From a virus, in the IMG/VR virus record IMGVR_UViG_3300027749_000038: a stretch of DNA of 64,000 bases; one strand, given 5' to 3'. Below are positions 9,184 to 17,550 of the stretch, piece after piece. How positions within the stretch are numbered: the first letter of the stretch is position 1; each line of letters opens with the position of its first letter. The notes beneath the pieces are model-generated. The model saw only the letters and a list, made by a program, of their open reading frames with translations, had not been told where the DNA came from and did no database searches. The translations under genes were made by a program, and so were the position numbers.

Positions 9184-10140
9184 ATGAAGCACGAACACAC
9201 ATGCCCACAATGTTATATTACATTTTTTAACTCTAAAAAAATTTCTAAATACTGTTCCAAAAAATGCAAAATAGAAGCAATGACAATTGCTAAAATTTTA
9301 AAGTGTGAACTTTGTTTAAAACCATTCAAATCTACAGATTTACAACGGCGTTTTTGTTCTGTTTTGTGTTCATCAACTGCACATAAAAATCGCAAAATTT
9401 TAGAATGTTTATATTGTTTTAAAAAATTTGAAGTTATGGGATATATGGCTTTAAAAACAAAATATTGTTCTCGAGAATGCAGTTCAAAAGATATAAAATT
9501 AAAAGGTATTTTAAAAGTTCCAGAATCTGAAAAAAATGTTTTTAGCAAGAAATGTAATAACTGCCAAAAAGATTATAAAGTTTGGGGATACAGGAAAGAA
9601 ATTTCAAAATATTGTTCAACTAAATGTCGTTATGAAACTGGTAGAATTTCTTGTATATGTTCAATATGTAAAACTTCTTACGAAGAAGAATATAATGTCT
9701 ATTGTAACAGCTTTAATGTTAAACACAAATGTAAAAATTGTAGAGAATTAAATTCAACTTCCTCTTTTGAGTTGGATGTAAGGTTGTTCCTTAAACAAAA
9801 TGGATTTAAATTTTCAACGAACCAGGCTGTAGCAAAACCAAACAAAAGGGGATATGTGTATCCAGACATTGTTTGTGGCAATATTATTATTGAATGCAAT
9901 GGTGATTTTTTTCATTGCAATCCGGAAATTTATTCATCTTCTTTTATAAATCCTCGCACATTAAAAACTGCACAAGAAATTTGGGACCATGACAAGTATA
10001 AAAGAGACCTTTATATGGAATGTGGTTATAATGTAATTGTTGTGTGGGAATCAAAGTGGAAAAATCAGATTCACCAACTAGAAATTTTAAATATTCTTAA
10101 ATCTTATGAAAATAACCCACTCCAAAGTGACAAAAATTGA
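9184..10140 (+). CDS. Free-standing putative homing endonuclease: tandem CxxC...YCSxxC Zn modules plus a C-terminal Vsr/DUF559-like nuclease
   Basis: Four CxxC-x10-15-(Y/F)CSxxC repeats, then SSFELDV...YVYPDIVCGNIIIECNGDFFHCNP...DKYKRDLYMECGYNVIVVWESKW. Confidence 0.8.
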   Translation: MKHEHTCPQCYITFFNSKKISKYCSKKCKIEAMTIAKILKCELCLKPFKSTDLQRRFCSVLCSSTAHKNRKILECLYCFKKFEVMGYMALKTKYCSRECSSKDIKLKGILKVPESEKNVFSKKCNNCQKDYKVWGYRKEISKYCSTKCRYETGRISCICSICKTSYEEEYNVYCNSFNVKHKCKNCRELNSTSSFELDVRLFLKQNGFKFSTNQAVAKPNKRGYVYPDIVCGNIIIECNGDFFHCNPEIYSSSFINPRTLKTAQEIWDHDKYKRDLYMECGYNVIVVWESKWKNQIHQLEILNILKSYENNPLQSDKN

Positions 10141-10405
10141 AAAATCAACTTCTAAAGACATTTTTTATTTATCTGTAAAAAATAACGCCAATTATTTTGC
10201 TAATAAGCTTTGTGTACACAATTGCTATCGTGGCGATCTGGGAGTTAAATTATATAATTTTTCTAATACAGATCATAAGGTGTTAAAGGGAGATAGAGTA
10301 GCTCAAATAGCTTACTTTCCGTTGATATCTCTCGAACCACAGTGGTCAGAAGAAGTAGAAGAAACCGACCGAGGAGCTAACGGCTTCGGTCAATCAGGAA
10401 AATAA
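10106..10405 (+). CDS. dut: Split-intein C fragment (39 aa, ends VHN) fused to the dUTPase C-terminal half (60 aa; +1 Cys at 10223)
   Basis: MKITHSKVTKIEK...DIFYLSVKNNANYFANKLCVHN|CYRGDLGVKLYN...KGDRVAQI...ETDRGANGFGQSG (intein blocks F/G, then dUTPase motifs III-V). Confidence 0.93.
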   Translation: MKITHSKVTKIEKSTSKDIFYLSVKNNANYFANKLCVHNCYRGDLGVKLYNFSNTDHKVLKGDRVAQIAYFPLISLEPQWSEEVEETDRGANGFGQSGK

Positions 10406-10407
10406 TT

Positions 10408-11340
10408 ATGAACAATCATTATAAAAATTTATGGTGTGAAAAATATAGACCACAAAAATTTGAAGATCTAGTTTTAGAACAAGAAATTAAAAATCATTTA
10501 TTGTCTATCAATGAGGATACTCCTCATCTTTTGTTTCACGGTAGTGCTGGTATCGGTAAAACCACCTCAGTTAAGATTCTAGTCAAACATGTATTAAAGT
10601 GTCAGTATCTTTATATTAATGCCAGTGATGAAAATGGTATTGACACCATTCGTAACAAAGTTATTTCATTTGCTCAAACTCGATCTTTAGATGGAAAGAA
10701 AAAAGTAGTGATTCTAGACGAAGCAGACGGATTGACCGGAGATTCTTTGCGTATTCTACGGAATGTAATGGATGAATTTACAGACACCACCCGTTTTCTT
10801 CTCACTGCAAATTACATTAACAAGATTATTGAACCTATTCGTTCAAGATGTATGTTGGTTAAGCTTCAACCTAACCTTAAAGGTATTGTACAGCGAAGCA
10901 TAGATATCCTTAGAGGCGAAGGAGTTTCTGTAGCAGATGATCAAAAGTCTGCATTGCTAAGTCTTATAGAAAAAAACAGTCCAGACATTCGTCGAATTAT
11001 TAATGATTTACAAAAATATTCAGTCTCTGGTCAATTAATCATTAAAGAAGATAATCAAATATCAAATTTTGCGTCTTCTATATTTAAAGATTTAACAGCA
11101 AAGACTTCTAGCTTAGAAATTCGTAAAAAGATTATTGAAGCAGAAAAATCTTTTAATGGAGACTTTCAAAGTTTGATGAAAGAATTATTTGAATACATTT
11201 ATCGCTCAGATTTTAAAGACAATGTCAAAAAATCTTTAATGTTAAATCTCGGAGAATATATGTATAGAGATGCAACAGTTTTAGACAAAGAAATTAATTT
11301 CTTTTGTTGTATAATTGCTCTGGAAAATGATTTAAAATAA
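10408..11340 (+). CDS. gp44: Sliding-clamp loader ATPase subunit (gp44 / RFC small-subunit-like)
   Basis: LWCEKYRP, PHLLFHGSAGIGKTT, YINASDENGIDTIR, VILDEADGLT and IIEPIRSRC. Confidence 0.93.
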   Translation: MNNHYKNLWCEKYRPQKFEDLVLEQEIKNHLLSINEDTPHLLFHGSAGIGKTTSVKILVKHVLKCQYLYINASDENGIDTIRNKVISFAQTRSLDGKKKVVILDEADGLTGDSLRILRNVMDEFTDTTRFLLTANYINKIIEPIRSRCMLVKLQPNLKGIVQRSIDILRGEGVSVADDQKSALLSLIEKNSPDIRRIINDLQKYSVSGQLIIKEDNQISNFASSIFKDLTAKTSSLEIRKKIIEAEKSFNGDFQSLMKELFEYIYRSDFKDNVKKSLMLNLGEYMYRDATVLDKEINFFCCIIALENDLK

Positions 11341-11341
11341 A

Positions 11342-11920
11342 TTACTTCTTTTTAGAGGTAATTTTAACCAACTTTGGCGCACCTGGTTTACTTGTGTGTG
11401 CCAAAGTTGTATTTTTTACTGGCAAGAAGTCATCTTCTGGACGATTATCTACCTTTGTTTCCATTTTGAACACTTTGATATCACCATTCAAAGGCAATTC
11501 ATACCTATTAGGAACTCCTTGTACAGGAGGGAGATTAATTCCATAATCTTTAATGTTTAATAAATCAAAATCTCCAGGAATAGTAAACTCATTATATTCT
11601 GTAGGCCACTGAACAGTGCGTGGATCAGTGTGTAAGCTAAGATACACATCACCAGCTCCTTCGTTATCATTAGCATCCTTCACATTTTGCAAGGATCCAC
11701 GACTAACAACTCTTTTGATAAAGAACATAACTTCATTATTAATAAGTTCTTTTAAAAAATTAGAAAAAGCCTCATGGCCACTATAATGTTTTTTAAAATA
11801 ATCACACTTTAAAAAACTAGGTTTCAACACAATAGGAGTGCCCTCTCTAAATCCTCCATTAGAAAAGTGAGAAAATGCTGTTTCAAATAAATTTTGAAAT
11901 TTGTTAAATTTGTTATTCAT
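11342..11920 (-). CDS. Hypothetical protein
   Basis: 192-aa ORF, divergent from gp25. Confidence 0.65.
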   Translation of the reverse strand: MNNKFNKFQNLFETAFSHFSNGGFREGTPIVLKPSFLKCDYFKKHYSGHEAFSNFLKELINNEVMFFIKRVVSRGSLQNVKDANDNEGAGDVYLSLHTDPRTVQWPTEYNEFTIPGDFDLLNIKDYGINLPPVQGVPNRYELPLNGDIKVFKMETKVDNRPEDDFLPVKNTTLAHTSKPGAPKLVKITSKKK

Positions 11921-11940
11921 ACATTATAGAGATTTTAGGC

Positions 11941-11952
11941 ATAAATATTTAT
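11941..11952. promoter_or_regulatory. Palindromic bidirectional late-promoter-like element ATAAATATTTAT
   Basis: Perfect 12-bp palindrome giving TAAATA on both strands, between divergent genes. Confidence 0.5.
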
Positions 11953-11956
11953 CACC

Positions 11957-12487
11957 ATGGCCGCTATTTATTTAGATAATATAGTTAAACCCAAGATTAC
12001 TAATAGTGGTTCTGCTCTCACAGACCAATACAACAAATCTGCCTCTAATTATACTTATACAGATTTACACCTAGATTTAAAAATAGCCCAGAACATAGGA
12101 AACGGTTTAAATCCAGTTTTTTCTGCAGATTTTGAAGCAGACCATGATAAAAAAGCTATTTCAAATTCTATTTATAACATTTTTACCTGTAAGCAAGGTT
12201 GGAAAGTCTTATCTCCAGATTTTTATGGATCCCTTGATAGGTTTTTATTTGAACCCGTTTCTGAATCTAATGCTGGTGTAATAGGCAGAGATATAGCACG
12301 TTCTATAAACACATTTGAACCTCGCATAGAATTACTTAAGTTATACATTAAACCCAATAAAGAGGAATATAGTTATGAAATATCTATTAACTACAGGGTC
12401 AAACAATCTGGATTGCTAGATAAATTAGAATTTAGATTTAATACACAACACTATTCAGGGGTAAACAACATTACAGTATATGGATAA
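11957..12487 (+). CDS. gp25: Baseplate wedge protein (gp25-like)
   Basis: YTYTDLHLDL...DKKAISNSIYNIFTCKQGWKVLSPDFYGSLDRFLFEP...FEPRIEL. Confidence 0.85.
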   Translation: MAAIYLDNIVKPKITNSGSALTDQYNKSASNYTYTDLHLDLKIAQNIGNGLNPVFSADFEADHDKKAISNSIYNIFTCKQGWKVLSPDFYGSLDRFLFEPVSESNAGVIGRDIARSINTFEPRIELLKLYIKPNKEEYSYEISINYRVKQSGLLDKLEFRFNTQHYSGVNNITVYG

Positions 12488-14249
12488 TCAATTTTTAGCT
12501 TTTGATGCATTAGAATTGCGCAATAAAATTGTTGATAAACTCAACAATAGTCAAGTTTTTACTGATCAAAATTTTCAAGGATCTAATATTTCTGCCATAA
12601 TTGATATTATCAGTATGGCTTTTGGTAGTTTACAATTTTACAACAGTAAAAGCTCTTCTGAGAGCATGTTTTCCGAAGCTCAAATATATGAGAACATGAA
12701 TCGAATTGTTAAAATTTTAAACTACAATCCGATAGGCAAAACTTCTCAATCTGTTCCTTTTACTATCACCGCTTCTAGTGATCTCTCCGCAAATTCTTAT
12801 ATAATACCTCGCTATAGTTATACATCTGTTGGTGGTACAATTTTTACCCTGACACAAGATATAGGTTTTACAAAACAAACAGCCGGAACAGAAACCATTA
12901 CAGACTTAAATCACACTTATATGCTGAGGGAAGGTTCTATACAAGAATATGATATCCATTCAGCTTTGGGAATTGAAAATGAAGTGGTATATATCGCAAC
13001 CGGAGATGATGTTTTTATTGACCATCTTACTATAGATGTTTATGTATTAAAAGACACTCAAATGTGGAAAAAATGGACCAGAGTGGAAAATTTAACCCAA
13101 TATTCTGCTACAGATAAGGCATATGAAGTAAGATATAACGCAAATAAAAGATATGAAATTTTGTTTGGAGACGATATCAACGGCGAAAAATTAGATACTG
13201 GTGATAAAGTAGCTATTTATTTTTTAAAAATAAACCCAGGTAGTAACACCGTTGGACCACATGCTTTAAGAAATAATACTTTTGTTCCATTCAACTCTAG
13301 ACAATTTAGTACAATTTTTAATCAAACCAAATCTATTTTTGGTACCTATTTTACTTTTGATAAACTTAATTTATTGTCTTTAGACAATTTATTTCCATCT
13401 TCTTTATATAGTGATGAAGAATCTATTGAATCTATAAGAAAAAAAGCTCCAAAATCTTTTAGAAGCCAACAAAGATTGATAACAACAGATGATTACAATT
13501 ATTTTGCTAATAATAATTTTTCTAATATTATTAAAGATTCAAAAGTAATTGATAATGACACCTATTTAAATACCCATTTAAAATATCTATATTCCATAGG
13601 TTTAAGCAAACCACAATTAGAAACTCAAATTTTGTTAAATCAGGTTAAATTTGCAAATTCTTGCAATTTTAACAATGTTTATATATACAGTATTCCTAAA
13701 AATTCTCAAAAATATTTATTATCAGCTCAAAAAGAAGTAATTTTAAAAGAAATTAATAGATACAAAGGACTTGGGGTTCAAATTGTTCCTATGGATCCCG
13801 AATACATGTTGTTTGATTTTTATTTAAAAGATTTATACAAACCAGCGACTACAGCAGATATTTTTCAGACAACTTTAAGAATACACAAAAATCCAAACAC
13901 TCGCAGATCGAAGGCTTCTATTAAATTTGATGTAGTTAATTTAATTAAAAATTATTTCGACTCTGCAGTTCTTGGATACGATATCAATACCCATCAATTG
14001 ACTACAGACATTATAGCAATAGATGGAGTTGACTACATAGATAGTTATCGCAAAGACACAGATACCGTCTCAAGGCAATTATCATTTTTAGTGTGGAATT
14101 CTAAATATCCTACAAATGATATAAATGTTTACACTCAAACAATATATTTAGATGATTTTAAATATCCTTTGATCAATAATGTTGCTTATTTAGCAGACCG
14201 AATTGAAATACTAGATCTTTCTTATTCTATAAAAATAGCTGACTTTTAA
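12480..14249 (+). CDS. gp6: Baseplate wedge protein (gp6-like)
   Basis: FDALELRNKI...FTDQNFQGSNISAIIDI, YEILFGDDINGEKL and ESIESIRKKAPKSFRSQQRLITTDDY. Confidence 0.88.
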   Translation: MDNQFLAFDALELRNKIVDKLNNSQVFTDQNFQGSNISAIIDIISMAFGSLQFYNSKSSSESMFSEAQIYENMNRIVKILNYNPIGKTSQSVPFTITASSDLSANSYIIPRYSYTSVGGTIFTLTQDIGFTKQTAGTETITDLNHTYMLREGSIQEYDIHSALGIENEVVYIATGDDVFIDHLTIDVYVLKDTQMWKKWTRVENLTQYSATDKAYEVRYNANKRYEILFGDDINGEKLDTGDKVAIYFLKINPGSNTVGPHALRNNTFVPFNSRQFSTIFNQTKSIFGTYFTFDKLNLLSLDNLFPSSLYSDEESIESIRKKAPKSFRSQQRLITTDDYNYFANNNFSNIIKDSKVIDNDTYLNTHLKYLYSIGLSKPQLETQILLNQVKFANSCNFNNVYIYSIPKNSQKYLLSAQKEVILKEINRYKGLGVQIVPMDPEYMLFDFYLKDLYKPATTADIFQTTLRIHKNPNTRRSKASIKFDVVNLIKNYFDSAVLGYDINTHQLTTDIIAIDGVDYIDSYRKDTDTVSRQLSFLVWNSKYPTNDINVYTQTIYLDDFKYPLINNVAYLADRIEILDLSYSIKIADF

Positions 14250-14251
14250 TT

Positions 14252-17200
14252 ATGATATCTTTCGTAAATTTTTCCGTAAGTTCATCTACCGGATATGTAG
14301 GAATAACTCCAATTTCTTTTTTTCCTACCATATACCCAATTACTAAAGACACAAAAGTTACTTGGTATTTTGGAGATGGATCTTCCAGCTCTTTATTATA
14401 CCCAACCCACACATATTCTTCAGCTGGCTCTTTTCAGGTTAAATTGGTAGCATATAGCCCTAGTGGTGATGCTATGGAATCACAAAGCATCCAAACTATT
14501 ACGATTACTCTCACTCTAAATGAATCTATATATTTTGAAAGAGTACCTCCACCCACTCACGCCGGATTTTTAAATGCTTATCCGTTTAAATTGGTTATTA
14601 CTTCTCCAGACACTAAAGACCATTTTATACAATTATCAACTTTATTTTCTCGTTCTAGCAATCCAGGTTCTGGTACTAAATGGAATTTTCTCAGACCCGA
14701 GACTCGTTTTTATGATTTAAATGGAAATCAAATCCAAACCATAAAAACAATAGACACTATATTACACTCTAATTCTGCCGGTAAATTAAATCCTACTGGA
14801 TCTTATGTCGCCGGAGTCAGTGGATATGCTGAATTTTATTTCTCGGATGATTTGTATAATATGGATGTAGCGACTTCTTCCTCAGATTATACAACCATCC
14901 TGGCTACATTATTAACAGATAATTCCAAAGATTATACACTCCAAACTGAATCTTTAAATTTTTTACCCAGCTATGCTAATAGTAAAGCTGTTGCGGTTTG
15001 TCCCTATGTCCAGACCTGGAAAACTCCTGATATTTTAAAAATAACTGAAAACGGAATCAGAGAACATGCAAATCCTCGTTGGTCTACTTCTAAGGTACCT
15101 ATTATAGTCAATGCCACATATTCTCCGATAACTTTAGAAGATCCGTGGTTATCAGAAAATAATTTTAAATTTCCTTCAGATTCTTCTTATTTTGTTCATA
15201 GTTTTCCGTTAAAAAACGAAGACAATTTTCCTATAGAAGTGGGTCTAATTGGTTTAAGTGCTGTATTTAATCCAGAACCATATTTTAATTGGACTGATTA
15301 TTCTAACTACAAAACTCCCGGATACTATAAAGGACAATTTGATGCAAACAACGTTAATACTTTAGGGGTTTGTATCACCGCAGCATTAACCGCAGCAATG
15401 CCTCCATTGACTGCAAACTTTTTTAATCCTCTATTATGGCTTTCTAATCCAGAAAATGGCTCTGTAACTGTAGCCCAATACAGTAGAGTCAATTTATTGT
15501 CGTCCTTAGTAGTACCCCCCATTGTTCAGCAATCCTTTGAAATGCCGGTAGTAACTAGTGGACTGAGTGGTTTTCATGGCATATATAGCATTGCAGCATT
15601 ACCATACCCATACTACCAAGCTTGGATGTTAGACTCTGAACTTAGTTATTTATATAGAATAGATTCTAAAGGAGATATATTAAGTGCTATAGATATAAAT
15701 GATTTAGTTACCACAAATTTAGGAATAACCGGAACAACCACATATCCGATAGCAATGAGTTTAGATAGCCAACAAAATATATGGTTAACGTTAAGTGACT
15801 CAGTGACATCTATAAAATTAGATAGTTATGGTAATTTCTTAACAGCCATAAACCCATCTTCATTTGTTTTTTCTTCTTCCAGCAGTTTAAGCAGTTTTGT
15901 TCCATGGTTGTGTGCAGAAAGTTACTTTCCAACATTAACCAGTTTTTTGACTGATGAAATATTCATAGAACCGACATTTTTAGATATTGATATAAATGAC
16001 AATATTTTCATTTGTTACTCAAATCCTTTAAGTAGTTTCATTGTTCAATATAAAGCCGATGATTTTTCAGTATTATATGCTATATCTTTACCAGCCTTAT
16101 CCACTCCTTCAGAGATTGTTTGTGACAATAATCGAAATGTTTGGATATCTTTACCGTTTAATCAAGGTGACAACTTAGGTTATATAGAAAGGCGTAATTC
16201 TACTTTAACCCTATTATCAAGTGCCCCCGGAGGTCTTTCTCGATTTGGGCCTTATCAAGACATTAATAATTTAACTATAGACAATAACCAAAACCTATGG
16301 TTTACTCATGATTATCGATCTGTATCCAAGATAACAGTAACAAATGATATATCCGGTAACGAATTATATTCGACTCAAACTGTTGAATTGTTTACAACTA
16401 ATTCATATTTAAACGCAGACACTCATGTATTAGAGGGCATATGTTCAGATTTGGCTGGTAGAATTTATGTTATTAATTCTATGGAGAATTGTGTATATCT
16501 TTTAGACAACAACAGTGTGTCTATTGTGGATAGTTTTGTTATCAATCCGCAAGGTTTTGTACATTATTTGGATGTAAATAATAAAAATACATTGGCATAT
16601 GGTAGAGGTAATAAATCTTTACAGGCTAATGGAGATTGGTCTGGATTTAGATGGACCAACAAATTTGGCTCAAAGTATCTTTCTTCTATAGAAAAAACCA
16701 CTAATTATTTTTCTATTTCAGGAATATCTCGACCTTTAGATTTTTATGCAGATAATTCTTATGCATATGGATTAACCAAGATAAATGAAGACTTTGATAT
16801 GGCTTCTTATATGAAAAAATTAGCTTTTATGCCAATTTTACAAGACTGTCCAGTTTTGTTTGATGATTTTTTTGCTAGTATATTAGGAAATAAATCTGGA
16901 GACTTAGGCACAAATATATATGAAAAAATTGCCAATTTTGTCAGTAACAATGTAGACATAGATACCTGCAATATAGATCAGTTATATAGTTTATCTCAGA
17001 TGGTAGATTTAAACACAGATGATTTTTTGTTTACCTATCCTGAGTCTATAAAAAGATTAATGAATTTGATTAGTATCAATCAAAGTAGACTTCGAGGAGC
17101 TAAAGATTCGAGAAAGTATTTTTTTAAAAGTATTCCAGGCCAGCAAATAGAAGCGTTTAACAAAGGTCCTATATATACCTCTTCTATGGGAATATCGGCT

Positions 17201-17527
17201 GGTGAACTGGTTATATTAAAAAACAAAAGTATAGATGAATACCAACTAATTTACACTGGAAATATTAATAATTTTACTCTTTATTCAACCAATATGTTAG
17301 CATCATATATTAATTTGCCTCTAAATTGGGCAGAATATTATGAATTTTATAAATATATTTCTTTGAGTGAAGGTAAAACTTTAGAAGGGATGATAGATTG
17401 GGAGAATCCATTCACTACCATTAATTATAAGACTTCCTCCAAAGAAGAATGGCAGGGTAATGAGGGAATATATGAGACTCTATTAACCTATGAATTATAC
17501 AAAGGATTAAATTTGTTGAACTATTAA
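14252..17527 (+). CDS. Baseplate-associated structural protein: N-terminal PKD domain, NHL/beta-propeller region, gp7-like C-terminus
   Basis: PKD motif VTWYFGDGSSSSLLYPTHTYSSAGSFQVKL; propeller repeats (D..(Q/N)N(I/V)W); C-terminal IANFVSNNVDIDTCNIDQLYSL. Follows gp6. Confidence 0.65.
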   Translation: MISFVNFSVSSSTGYVGITPISFFPTIYPITKDTKVTWYFGDGSSSSLLYPTHTYSSAGSFQVKLVAYSPSGDAMESQSIQTITITLTLNESIYFERVPPPTHAGFLNAYPFKLVITSPDTKDHFIQLSTLFSRSSNPGSGTKWNFLRPETRFYDLNGNQIQTIKTIDTILHSNSAGKLNPTGSYVAGVSGYAEFYFSDDLYNMDVATSSSDYTTILATLLTDNSKDYTLQTESLNFLPSYANSKAVAVCPYVQTWKTPDILKITENGIREHANPRWSTSKVPIIVNATYSPITLEDPWLSENNFKFPSDSSYFVHSFPLKNEDNFPIEVGLIGLSAVFNPEPYFNWTDYSNYKTPGYYKGQFDANNVNTLGVCITAALTAAMPPLTANFFNPLLWLSNPENGSVTVAQYSRVNLLSSLVVPPIVQQSFEMPVVTSGLSGFHGIYSIAALPYPYYQAWMLDSELSYLYRIDSKGDILSAIDINDLVTTNLGITGTTTYPIAMSLDSQQNIWLTLSDSVTSIKLDSYGNFLTAINPSSFVFSSSSSLSSFVPWLCAESYFPTLTSFLTDEIFIEPTFLDIDINDNIFICYSNPLSSFIVQYKADDFSVLYAISLPALSTPSEIVCDNNRNVWISLPFNQGDNLGYIERRNSTLTLLSSAPGGLSRFGPYQDINNLTIDNNQNLWFTHDYRSVSKITVTNDISGNELYSTQTVELFTTNSYLNADTHVLEGICSDLAGRIYVINSMENCVYLLDNNSVSIVDSFVINPQGFVHYLDVNNKNTLAYGRGNKSLQANGDWSGFRWTNKFGSKYLSSIEKTTNYFSISGISRPLDFYADNSYAYGLTKINEDFDMASYMKKLAFMPILQDCPVLFDDFFASILGNKSGDLGTNIYEKIANFVSNNVDIDTCNIDQLYSLSQMVDLNTDDFLFTYPESIKRLMNLISINQSRLRGAKDSRKYFFKSIPGQQIEAFNKGPIYTSSMGISAGELVILKNKSIDEYQLIYTGNINNFTLYSTNMLASYINLPLNWAEYYEFYKYISLSEGKTLEGMIDWENPFTTINYKTSSKEEWQGNEGIYETLLTYELYKGLNLLNY

Positions 17528-17550
17528 ATTTCATTCTAAGTATTATTGCC

